A stretch of 64,000 nt of DNA from the human T2T-CHM13v2.0 reference genome, Homo sapiens, in the NCBI RefSeq assembly GCF_009914755.1, contig NC_060942.1. One strand, 5' to 3'. Position 1 is the first letter of the stretch; the number at the start of each line of letters is the position of its first letter. This document shows, one piece after another, positions 14,166-24,865 of this stretch. The notes beneath the pieces are model-generated. The model was not told the DNA's origin. It searched no databases and worked only from the letters and a program-made list of their open reading frames with translations. The position numbers and the translations under genes are program-made.

Positions 14166-14835
14166 CACCTTTCCCCAGGGGAGTGGGCGGAGGCGGAAGG
14201 GTGACCCGCGCATTCTCTTTCCTTGCGGGCGGGGTGCGGGGCCAAAGGCTCCCACCCCCTCCAAGGAGGAAGCGCGCCCGGAATGGGGGACGGGGAGGAG
14301 AGAAAGGGGTGCGCAGAGCCAGAGGGAGGCAGAGGGGCCTGGAGGGAGGAGAGGAGGAGGGGAGGATGGAAGGGGTAGGAAGCTGGAAGAGGAGGGGTAG
14401 GCGAGAGAGGGGAAGGAGGGAAGCGGGAGGGGAGCGGGGGGAGGAGGGGCGGCCGGAGTGGGAGGAGGGGAGGCGTTGCCCGACGCGCCCTTTCAAGTCT
14501 CCGCGCTCCCCCCCGGCGGCGGCTGCCCGGGGGCGGTGGCTCGGCGTCGCCTCCCCCGACCGCCCCCTCCAGGGCCCCTCCTCCGTGCCGCGGCCAGGCT
14601 GCCCGGCCGGCGGCGCGCTGGAAATATGAAGAGACGCTGCAGCTGCGGTGGCGGTGGCGGCCACTGCAGCTCAGAGCGGCGCACGCGGCGGCCGGGGCGG
14701 GACGCGGGGCCGGGCGCGGAGAAGTCGGGGCGGGCGGCAGAGAGGCCGGGACGCGGACCGGGCCGGGGCGCCCACAGCCGCCCGACGGCGCCCAGAGAGC
14801 GCGCGCCCCGCAGCCCCGCGCCTAGCCCGCCGGGC

Positions 14836-14859
14836 ATGGGGCGCGCGGCAGCCGCCTGA
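14836..14859 (+). other. uORF (MGRAAAA*) in the 5' UTR
   Basis: GGCATGG context (G at -3, G at +4). Stop TGA at 14857-14859, 115 nt before the main ATG. Confidence 0.6.
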
Positions 14860-14974
14860 AGCCCCGGCCTGGCCCGGCCGCACCCGGCCGGAGGCGGAGG
14901 GCAGAGCGCGCGCCCAGTTGCCCGGGCACCAAATCGGAGCGCGGCGTGCGGGAGGGCCCAGAGCAGGACTGGAA

Positions 14975-15032
14975 ATGTCCTGGCCGCGCCGCCTCCTGCT
15001 CAGATACCTGTTCCCGGCCCTCCTGCTTCACG
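14975..15032 (+). CDS. APCDD1: APCDD1 coding exon 1 (signal peptide MSWPRRLLLRYLFPALLLHG)
   Basis: ATG at 14975 (GAAATGT) is followed by a hydrophobic signal peptide and the donor CACG|GTGAGT. 58 nt, phase 1, which matches exon 2. Codon 9 is CTC (Leu), so this is not the L9R hypotrichosis allele. Confidence 0.97.
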
Positions 15033-18000
15033 GTGAGTTCCCGAGGGCCACTCGAGCGCTCCCAGCCGGCGGAGGCAGCCCGGGCGCCGCGGAGCCCGCG
15101 GAGGCGTCGGGTCTGGATCGCGGCACGGCCTACACTGTCCCCTTGGCGGGGCGGGTCCGAGGGGAGCCCCGCGCCTGCCGTCTCAGCCCTGGGAGAGGGG
15201 GCTCTGCCCACTTTCCGAGGCTTGGGACCGCTCTCCCCCAGGGCGCCCGGAGCTCTTTGCTGCGGGACTGTTCTTTTTGGAAGGGTGGAAGCTCTCCCAC
15301 GCAGACACCTTTTATGTCCAGAATCCGTTGCATCCAGTCCGAGGGAAACTTTCGTCCGCTCTGCTGGATTTTCCAACTGTACACTGCCATGAAATCGCCG
15401 GCTCTGCGAGCCTTTTTCCAAAATGCCAGAATGCAGCAGGCTCTTGATGTGTTCCAAGCGTTTAGGAGAGTGGAAAGAGAAACTGATCATTTGGGAAAGA
15501 CACGTCTGTCTGCCTTCTGAAAACTAGTGTTTGTTGTCTGCCTGCACTTTGCCTCGCGATTGAGGCGGGGTTGTGGGGTTTTCTCCCAAGTGGACTGTTG
15601 CGTTCTCTGGGTGTAATTTTAAGAAACAGGGGACCCCTATTAGCCAAGATTTAATCATTATTACCAGTCTCCCAATGTGCACCCCAACTTGACGTCCCAT
15701 TTCCTGGGCTTCCAGTGCCACTTTTCCCCAGGGGTTCTAGTAAACCTTTAGCTAGAGAACATCAGCCCTTTCAGCGGGTTCCAGAAATTGCGCTGAAAAC
15801 ACCAAGACAGAATTTCTTTGGGGTGGACAAGGCAGGTTTTATGGCGCGTCGGGTTCATAATCCTGACAAGCCGTGGCAGATCACGTCGTGTTGATGTGGA
15901 TGTCCTGAGCAAACTGTCCCTAATGGTCAGACACCTGACGTTTCAACAGCATGACTTCACGGCTCTCCTTCCTCAACACCCACCACAGCCACCCCAAACC
16001 TGTAGCGGGCTCCGGCTTCAGAATGCATGGTAGCCAGGACTGAAAGTCAGGCTGAGGACCTTCCCTCCGGAGGATCAAGGAAAGGGAAGAATTGTTAACC
16101 CACAAGCCACCGGGATGCTGTTTTCTTTGTAGTCCTGCCCCAGGTGGATGGCTCGCATAGCTCCACAGGCTTTGTGAACTTGTCTGGCTGGGCCAGACCT
16201 GTCCAGTTGCCAAGGTGTACTCAGAGCCCCAGTGATCCCAGAATTTTAACAGTCGGGATGGAAGGCTTGCAGAGGGCAAAAAGAGAGAAGGTATAATTAT
16301 AGGGTTGGACTCCTAGGCCCATCTGCTTAGAATTACAGAGCAGTTTTAATCTTTGGCTGAAACATGAAACAAATCAGAGCCAATGAACAGATCAAACAGC
16401 AGCTGCCACACACACAAGAAACAAAAGAGAGAGATGAAACAGGAAACATTGTCCCCCTTAAAAAAATTGTTGTAATATCTGTGAAGAAAAAAGATAGTAT
16501 GGTCAAATGATTTTAAAATTTAAAAAATTACTTAAAAAGTTGGCATGAACAGCATTTTTTGGGGTAAAATCATTGCCTTTTAAACTACAAAAGTGATCCT
16601 CAGAGATGCAACCTTGTACACAAGGTAACTCTGAACATGTTCTCCCTATTTTGAGAGGTAGGGGTTGTAATTATACTTCCTATTTAGCAGTCCAAGCTGG
16701 GGTAGTAATGGCTGACAGGTAACAAGAGCCCAAGTATATCCTCAATGAAGACAGGAGCTCCAAATCTCCTGAGTTTGAGAATTTGAGTCTGGAATCTTCC
16801 ATAACTCCGGGGATCTGAGGGAGGAGGGCTCCCCAGACCCCATGGTGTTGGGAGGGGGATTGGGGAGCAAGGAAATAACTGGGAAGGGCAGTCTGAGCTA
16901 TAAATGGGAGCACAGTGGAGACAGACCGTGTGCGTGCTGGTATGTGTGTATGCATTTGTGTGTACACATATGTGCATATGTATATATGAAGATAAGATAA
17001 AAAGGGAGGTTTGCAAAGTTGAGTTGGGTTACATGGATAAACCGATAAAAAGTTATCCAATTTCAGAAAGAATCTGCAATGGCACAATTATTAAAACTAA
17101 TGTTGCTCAAAGGTCTACTTAGATCCAGCAGAGAGTATCAGACTCTAGTGCAGAAAATAAACAGAGGAAATCATTGTTCAAGTTATAAATCCTCAGGATT
17201 TAAGAAAGGTTTGCCATAATTAGCAAGGATAATGTAAAGCACCAGAAAAGAATGGGATATTCTTCCTTTCCCCTTTCCCCCATGACATCTACTTGATTGA
17301 AGTACTTTTAACAGCAAATGGGTATTACTCAACCTAACCAAGGGAATGGTTTGCTGAATATGTCGTACTCAACTGATAGGCGCTTTGCAGGCATTTAAGA
17401 ATTCTGTAGTAACAGATGGAGTGTGATCATATATTTAAATAGAAGTTATAAATCTGAAGGCAATTCTTGAAATCTTCTAAGGAATTAGTGATTTTTTTTC
17501 CTGATAAATAGGCATTTTATTTTGCTAACCATAGGATACCATTTGTCTATTTATGGGTCAACTTAGTAGATAAAAGCATTTGTTCTATGGTGTTGGATGT
17601 TCCTGTGATAAACTTTAATAAATTTAGTTTCACACATCATTTAGAGATTTATTTGTTACACCACCAAGTCAGGTTAAGAAGTGCAAGAAGTGCATCCTGT
17701 GTGAGGATGCAGTAGATAACCATTATGTTTGGCATCCAGTCTTTGTTCGGTTTTGTGGCTACTTCTATTTCAATTCATTGCAACTTATAAATCACCCCTA
17801 AATCCTATCAGTGAGTAAATGAGGCTCTGGCAAGACTTGAGCCTGTTGTTTATTTAAGACTGCAAATGTGGTGCGAGACCCAAGTTCAAAATTTGATGGC
17901 ATAAAAGTATACATGTCAGTTTTACTTTCCTCCTCTTCAAATTCTGAAAACAATTGCAGTACTTAATCCAAATAAAGCCTATTTAATGTCATGAAGGTAT

Positions 18001-19308
18001 GCAGCTGGAAGATGTCCATTATCACTGTTTTCTTTGCTTAGATAAAAGCCACAAAAGTTTCAGATGTCAAATTCTAGAAACCATTCAGCTCCAAAACACA
18101 GATTAGCATGAGGTATCCAGAATAAGTGTGACTGTAATGCCGCAGTGGAGTGCCTGATTCTCTTTGCTAATGGAAACATTTGATTTTGAGTTTTGGAGCT
18201 GATGTTGGGAGAGATGTTCTATTCCCACACCCTGTTTACTTTTGTAGAATTCGTTGACTTTTCTGAGAGGTGAAGGCTCTTTCAGCTCTCTCCTTTCATT
18301 AAAGCTTATTCTGTCAAGACTTTTAAAAACTTTGCAGATTACCAAATGAGAGTTTAACCGACATAATGTGAGGAAACGTTTATACAGGGTAAAATAGAAA
18401 TCTTTGAAAAACTATTTTACTAAGGACAGTTTTTGTGACCAAGAAAACATTCTTTCCTGCACTTTTTTCCCTCCTCTTAGTCATAAAAAGAAAATGAAGT
18501 CTTGAAAAGAAGCATGACTCACCTGTACCCAACAGGGGCAAGGGTCTCAGACAGATGTTAAATATCCTCTGTTAAAGAGATTGACAAGCCAATTTCATTC
18601 TTTTATACTAGCTGAGTTCATTCTTTTTCCCCTTAAATGAGAAAAGAACTAAATATAGGTGGGTGATATGTCTGTGTAATTACATACTACTATTTAGGGA
18701 CAGACTGATGACAATATAATCAATCAAAGGGAGGCATAAAACATTTCAGACCAGAAATAGAAGATGATGTGTTAGTGATTGTCTACATCGGTTGAAAGAT
18801 ACACAGCAAGGCATGTCTTCAGTAGACTCTTCCCCTGGAGTTGAAGTGATCGCAGGGAAAACCAGGAAAAAATCCGCTACCATCCTGGACGTATGAGTTC
18901 TTAATGGGTTGGTTTTGTGTACATAGGCCATTGCTTAGTCCTCTCCAGTTTGGGAATAAAATTATTGTGGAAAGTCATGTGATAGGTATGTACATCTCAA
19001 GGTTGGAGAAAGGATATGGTATCATCCTAAAATTATTAAGGATATTCTGTTCTGCAAGGGTTTTCCGGTTTCATTCATTCAGCTAACCATTTATTCAGAA
19101 AGTTCATCTATGAGGGCCTACTATGTGCCAAGTGCCACCACTTGCCAGGTCCACTGGCCGAAAGGTAGCATTCTCCCTTCCTTGAGGATTCTTGAAGAAT
19201 ATCTAGGTGAGAGAAGGGAAGAAATACTGATTGTAGAGCCCCAGAGCTGAGTGGATGGCACACTGCAGTTGATTGCACTATTTTCCCTGCTGGGAATCCC
19301 ACAAGCGT

Positions 19309-19333
19309 GCACACACACACACACACACACACA
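19309..19333. repeat. (CA)n microsatellite
   Basis: Visible run. Confidence 0.9.
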
Positions 19334-20226
19334 GACCACAACTGTGTTGAAGAGGGTGGATGTGGCTAGTCAGCTGCAGATCCAACATGCAAACTTTGCA
19401 ACCTCTGGTTCAGCTCCAGTGTCCACCCTGAGGACTATGGCACTATAAAGTGGCACAGAAAAGTAACTTGTTTTCAACTAAAGTCAAGTGGAGCCAGGAA
19501 TTTGAAAACTTGACCTTATTATATTGCTCATAAAGAGAGACGACTTTTAGATATGAAGATTTTAAGATGGGCAAAAGCAGCAAGCTTACTGCAAAAAAAA
19601 TGGTAATAAAAACAAGAACTTGATAAGCAGAAGTACCACAATGGTGGTAAAATTCAGTACAGTCTGCAATACATACATGCTTTTATTTCAAAAAAATGGA
19701 AACCTGTGCTGGAGTTTATCTACCAGCACCCACTTCAAAGCACACATTTACAGTAATGACTGCTTATTTAATTGGGCAGGCAATTTCATGGCTAAGTAAT
19801 TACTTGCACTTAATCTAATCAGTCACATTTTATGTATCACAACAATTCTAACGAGAACACTTTTCTCAGTCTGATTATTAAAGTATACAGGGCACATTAT
19901 ATAAAGTACAGAAACTTGCAAAATGAACAGAAAAGAATCATTTTAAGCTCTCCATAATGGTTGATATTTTGACATTATACTTAGTCCTTTTCAAGTTCAG
20001 GTTTTTTCCCTTAAGCCTTAGAGTACATGTATAGAGATTAACCTGATCAAAGATTAGTTTAGCCCCACGTGTGCTTGAAAATTATCGTTTCCTTCCCAAA
20101 TAATTTTACATTTTATTATGTGTAAAATAGATCAGAACTTTTGATTTCTCAGTCAATATAGATCGGCAGGTGAAAAACCGTGGAATATATTCATCTAGAT
20201 AATTCAGATTGTTAAAACTTTGTTGA

Positions 20227-20560
20227 GGACGGGCACGGTGGCTCACGCCTGTAATCCCAGGCCAAGGGCCTCCTTTGGGAGGCCAAGGCGGGCAGATCAC
20301 CTGCGGTCAGGAGTTGGAGACCAGCCTGGCCAACGCGGCGAAACCCCGTCTCTACTAAAAAATAAATGCAAAAATATCACCTGGGTGTGGTGGCGCATGC
20401 CTGTAATTCCAGCTTCTCGGGAGGGTGAGGCAGGAATATCGCTTGAACCCAGGAGGCGGAGGTTGCAGTGAGCCGAGATCGTGCCACTGCCCTCCAGTCT
20501 GGGTGACAGAGCAAGACTCTGTCTCAAAAAAAAAAAAACAAAAAACAAACAAGCAAAAAA
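20227..20560 (+). mobile_element. Alu SINE (Sx-like)
   Basis: Full-length consensus with A tail. TSD aaaactttgttga / aaaactttattga. Confidence 0.95.
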
Positions 20561-22375
20561 AACTTTATTGAAAAATCAAGGACTTGTACATGGAGTATAC
20601 TGTCCTATTTCACTTTTTCCTGTATATGTCGCAATGATTCAAGCCTAAGAGATACCTGAGCACATAGTAGGCACTCAACCATTTGTTGAATGAATGAATA
20701 TTGACTTGCAAAAGTCCAGCAGGCACCCCACCCTTTTTCTTCTCTCACTGTCTACAAAGGCTCTGTTTGGTTTCCGGGTACACTGGCGTGCTTCCTTAGC
20801 ACACCATGGGTTTAGGAATGAGATCTGCTGTGGATGGCTCTAGCAGAAGTACTGTGTGTGTTCCCTTTGGAAACTATGCCAAGGACTGCTTTCTATGTGC
20901 ATGATCTGGTGAATTCAGGGGATGTGAACAGTTAACCTGACACACAGGCCTTTTATTTAGGGCATAAACCTCCATGTCAATGGTCAACCCTGTGCTTCCT
21001 TTCATTTAGGTAACTCTGTTTTTAAAATGTGATATCTTTGGGAATTTTCACTCTCTGGTAGCCTATGGTGATTATGATTGTAGTTTACAATCATTGTGCA
21101 GTCATTTAGGATTACTATCATGGGGTAATGTATTCCTTGGGAGTAAATCACTAGTGCACACACGCAGGTGCACACACTTACATACCACCGAGCCCTCCAG
21201 AGCTCCAGGATCTCATTTAGTGCTCTGGATATGGTTGTCTATAAAATTATGTCCTAAAGCACACAGGGCTTAATTTGTTTCTAACAGATGAACCATTCCT
21301 TCCAGAATCTACTTTATTCTCTGACATTCATTTGGAAGAAACTACTCCCTTTGCCATAATAATTTTATCAGGGCCCAGACCATTGGACCCCCAATGTTTG
21401 AGACCATTTTATGGTGGAATCATTTGGATAACGTTATTCAGAATTCCTCTGGACTGGGAACAGTCCCTGGAGAGCTTCAAGTTTAGACAGTACCATGGAC
21501 TGACTTTACACATTCTCAATCAAGAGTGCCTCTGTACCTGTATAGTAGCTAGCATTTGATCAAATGAGATGATATATACATAAAGTGAATTGTCGAGTGT
21601 AATGCAAACATTAGTCATTATCATCATGATCATTATGTTTAATTTATAGAGGAAAAAGAAAGGCATATATTAGATGACTTACCCAAAACCACTTTGAAGA
21701 CCAAAAACTCACAGCCATTTTCTTAATATTTGTTTAATCCTTTCAGATAACTCTTTTTTGCAGATTCACTCGCAACAAAATCTTAGTGAATGGGAACTCC
21801 ATTCCCTAGTCCCCTTAATTAACATCTAGAATCTTCAACTAATCAAAATGTTGACATTATTTGTGTGTGTACTCTCACATATAGTATATGGTTTCTAACT
21901 CTTGTTTTATCTGTAAAATAAGAGGAAAAAACTCCGTAGTCTACACAGTGTTGTTACGTGTTCATTCCAATACCTTTCTATCCACAGCCCCATTCTACAG
22001 GCACGGTAGTGCCTTAAGGCACTTCTAAGAACCTGAATCGTCAAAGAAAGATCATAAGGTCAAACTGCACTTGGCATACAATGGCAGAAGTTTCAACAAC
22101 TGAATATTGTGATTAACCAACACTTCCAATTACACAAGTAATCCAATTAAGTGGGGGGGGCTTAAAAACTTAGCATTATATATAATAAGCACATTTATTA
22201 TTATAAATAATAGGTGTACTCACACGGGAATGGTTATTATTAGTGCGGTCCTTGAACTTTGCATTGCTAAACACTGGGATGATTGATTTATGCAATTTAA
22301 AATGTATTAAAGGAGGCTGTATATATATTTTACAAAAGTTCCTTTTCAGATGCAGATGTACTGCTAAATTACTTG

Positions 22376-22843
22376 CTTCCTTCCTTCCTTCCTGTCTTCT
22401 TTCCTTCCTTCCTTCCTTTCCCCCTTGCTCCCTCTCTCCTTTCCTCCCTCCCTCCCTCCCTCCTTCCTTCCTTCCTGTGACCCTCCCTTCCTTCCTTCCT
22501 TCCTTCCTTCCTTCCTGTGACCCTCCCTTCCTCCCTTCCTTCCTTCCTGTGACCCTCCCTTCCTTCCTTCCTTCCTTCCCTCCCTCCTTCCTTCCTTCCT
22601 TCCTTCCTTCCCTCCTTCCTTCCCTCCCTCCTTCCTTCCTTCCTTCCTTCCTTCCTTCCTTCCTTCCTGTGACCCTCCCTTCCTTCCTTCCTTCCTTCCT
22701 GTGACCCTCCCTTCCTTCCTTCCTTCCTTCCCTCCCTCCTTCCTTCCTTCCTTCCTTCCTTCCTTCCTTCCCTCCTTCCTTCCCTCCCTCCTTCCTTCCT
22801 TCCTTCCTTCCTTCCTTCCTTCCTTCCTTCCCTCCTTCCTTCC
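22376..22843. repeat. Composite (CCTT)n/(GGAA)n microsatellite with five TGTGACCCTCCC interruptions
   Basis: Directly visible. Interruptions begin at 22476, 22516, 22548, 22668 and 22700. Confidence 0.98.
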
Positions 22844-22994
22844 TTTTTTAATATAACTTTTTGGTAATTCTTTCCCCCACAAGATGCAAGAGATGGTCAT
22901 TGCCTCTCCAACACTACACAAAAGATTTACTGTAGTTTGTTGGGAGCTGTTCCCTTCTTTTATCTTTCTCATTTATCCAGTCAATAAATCATAC

Positions 22995-23530
22995 AAGACT
23001 GAACCATTGCAGTAGCCTTATCATCGATCTTCCTGCTTTCAATCTGTCCCCCATGTCCCTCCAAAAAAACCAGAAAAGTGATTTTTCCAAAATAAAATTC
23101 TTACCATACCACGACATTGCAGAAAATCTTTTGGTGGCCCCCCCTTCACCTTTCCAGTGAAGTCCCCACTCTGCGTTAACAGATGTGTGGTGCTCTCAAC
23201 TGTGGCCCTGCCTCCCTCTGCCCCTTGTCCTAGGTCACCCCGTGCCCCCTTCTCTTAGAGCCTCCTATGCGAATCTCTCACTCCTGCCCCCCATGCTTGA
23301 GTGTGCTCAAGCACACTCCACCTAGACCACTTCTGTTCCATATTCAAGACAGAGATGCCTCTCCATGAGCCCTCAAGGAAGAATTCAGACCCTGCCCCCT
23401 CTGTCTAGAGTCCTCTACAACCCTACAGTTTCTTGCCCAACCGAGACTCCCTGGGGCAAAATGTTTGTAGATGCTATGTCCAGAACAGTGCCTGGCCCTT
23501 CAGAGCCTTACTGATTGGATGAATGAATGA
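22995..23530 (+). mobile_element. L2 LINE fragments
   Basis: cattgcagtagcct...cttcctgct motif; ends cagtgcctggc...gatgaatgaatga. Confidence 0.5.
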
Positions 23531-24454
23531 TTCGCTAGTTCTAGTCCCGAATTTGGAATTGACTTACTTCAGGCGATGCAACAAACACAGGAGCTCCTTA
23601 GTTGACCAGAAATCTGAGACAAGTGTCCCTGGAGGGCACACCATGACTGATTCTTGAGAAGGAAGCTTTGGGGTTTACCGGTCTAACTTTTATGCTTGGC
23701 CTCTGCTGCAGCTGAAATTGGTGCTTCAAATGACTTTTTAATTCCCAGCCATTTAACAGAAGTAGTACTCACAGGAAAGTCATCCACATTTGCCACATCA
23801 GATGAGCCAAGTAAATACTGGATACCACTTGCAGTGGTGAACTGAAGCCCTAAGAGTCAGTTTCTCCTGCCTTACTGCAACTTCTTTCACTTGACCCATT
23901 TAATTTTGCTCCTTAAGAGTAATGAAGATGTTGGGTACTTTGAAGGGAAAAGATAAAAATGGAATAAATACCAACCCCATTTTTCCATCTTAGAAATAGA
24001 ATATCACCCTAGAGTGTGAGCCTGAAATCACTGTGTTCTTGGGGAGCTGTGCCAGCCTTGGGGTTCTCCATCTGGCCGCTCACATGGGTGCCCTGGCTGC
24101 ACTGCCAGCCTCGCTGGGTTTCCGAGCTGTGCTCATTGTCAAATGTGAGCAATAGCAAAATGGATATTGATCTTTAGAAACCCTGGGCTATTTAATGTCT
24201 TTTTTTTCCTGCTTTCCAATGATTTGCATATTGGAGGTTCTTAGATTGTATTTCTTCCATCACTGGTTAAAAACGTAACTGTAGGCCTCCTTTCCCGTGT
24301 GACTCTAGTCTTATGAATGACCCATACAAATGCTAACCACCACTCCCTCTCTCTCTGCCTTTGAACTCCCTAACTTCCTTCCCAGAACCTCCTTCATCAT
24401 TTTGACCCTTGTTCTTTGACATCCAGGCCAGTGAGACCTTAAAAGCTTCAAAGT

Positions 24455-24456
<2 letters not shown>

Positions 24457-24494
<38 letters not shown>

Positions 24495-24502
24495 ACACAC
24501 AC
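24457..24502. repeat. (CA)n microsatellite
   Basis: Visible run with one GA interruption. Confidence 0.95.
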
Positions 24503-24567
24503 AAAAACATCTTTGTTAGTCTTTATGTTTCTGGCTCCTAAAGTATAGCAAATAAAGGTTTATAGTG

Positions 24568-24865
24568 TTTTATTTGTTTATTTTAGAGACAGGGTCTCAC
24601 TCTGTCACCCAGGCTGGAGTGCAGTGGTGCGATCATAGCTCACTGCAGCCTTGAACTTCTGGGCTCATGTGATCCTCCCGCCTCAGCCTCCTGAGTAGCT
24701 GGGACTACAGGCATGTGCCACTGTGCCTGGCTATTTTTATTTTCTTGTAGAGATGGGGTCTTGTTACCTTGCCCATGCTGGTCTCAAACTCCTAGCTTCA
24801 AGCTGTCCTTCCACCTCAGCCTCCCAGGGTGTTGGGATTACAGGCATGAGCCACTGTGCCCAGCC
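24568..24865 (-). mobile_element. Alu SINE (J-like)
   Basis: Reverse-strand Alu consensus ending ...gagccactgtgcccagcc. Confidence 0.94.

Larger units (their letters stand above)
13950..15260. promoter_or_regulatory. CpG island / APCDD1 promoter and GC-rich 5' UTR
   Basis: Very high GC and CpG density, with several GC boxes (GGGCGG) around exon 1. The TSS cannot be fixed from sequence but is probably near 14600-14650. Confidence 0.9.

Noticed and set aside
13863-15520. Many overlapping long ORFs on both strands, including a 290-aa ORF running through exon 1
   Set aside because: Stop codons are scarce in a CpG island and the products are R/G/P/A-rich. Only 14975-15032 is supported. A non-AUG N-terminal extension would bury the signal peptide.
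22243-22972. 153-aa and 202-aa ORFs (PSFL and KEGR repeats)
   Set aside because: Translations of the microsatellite.
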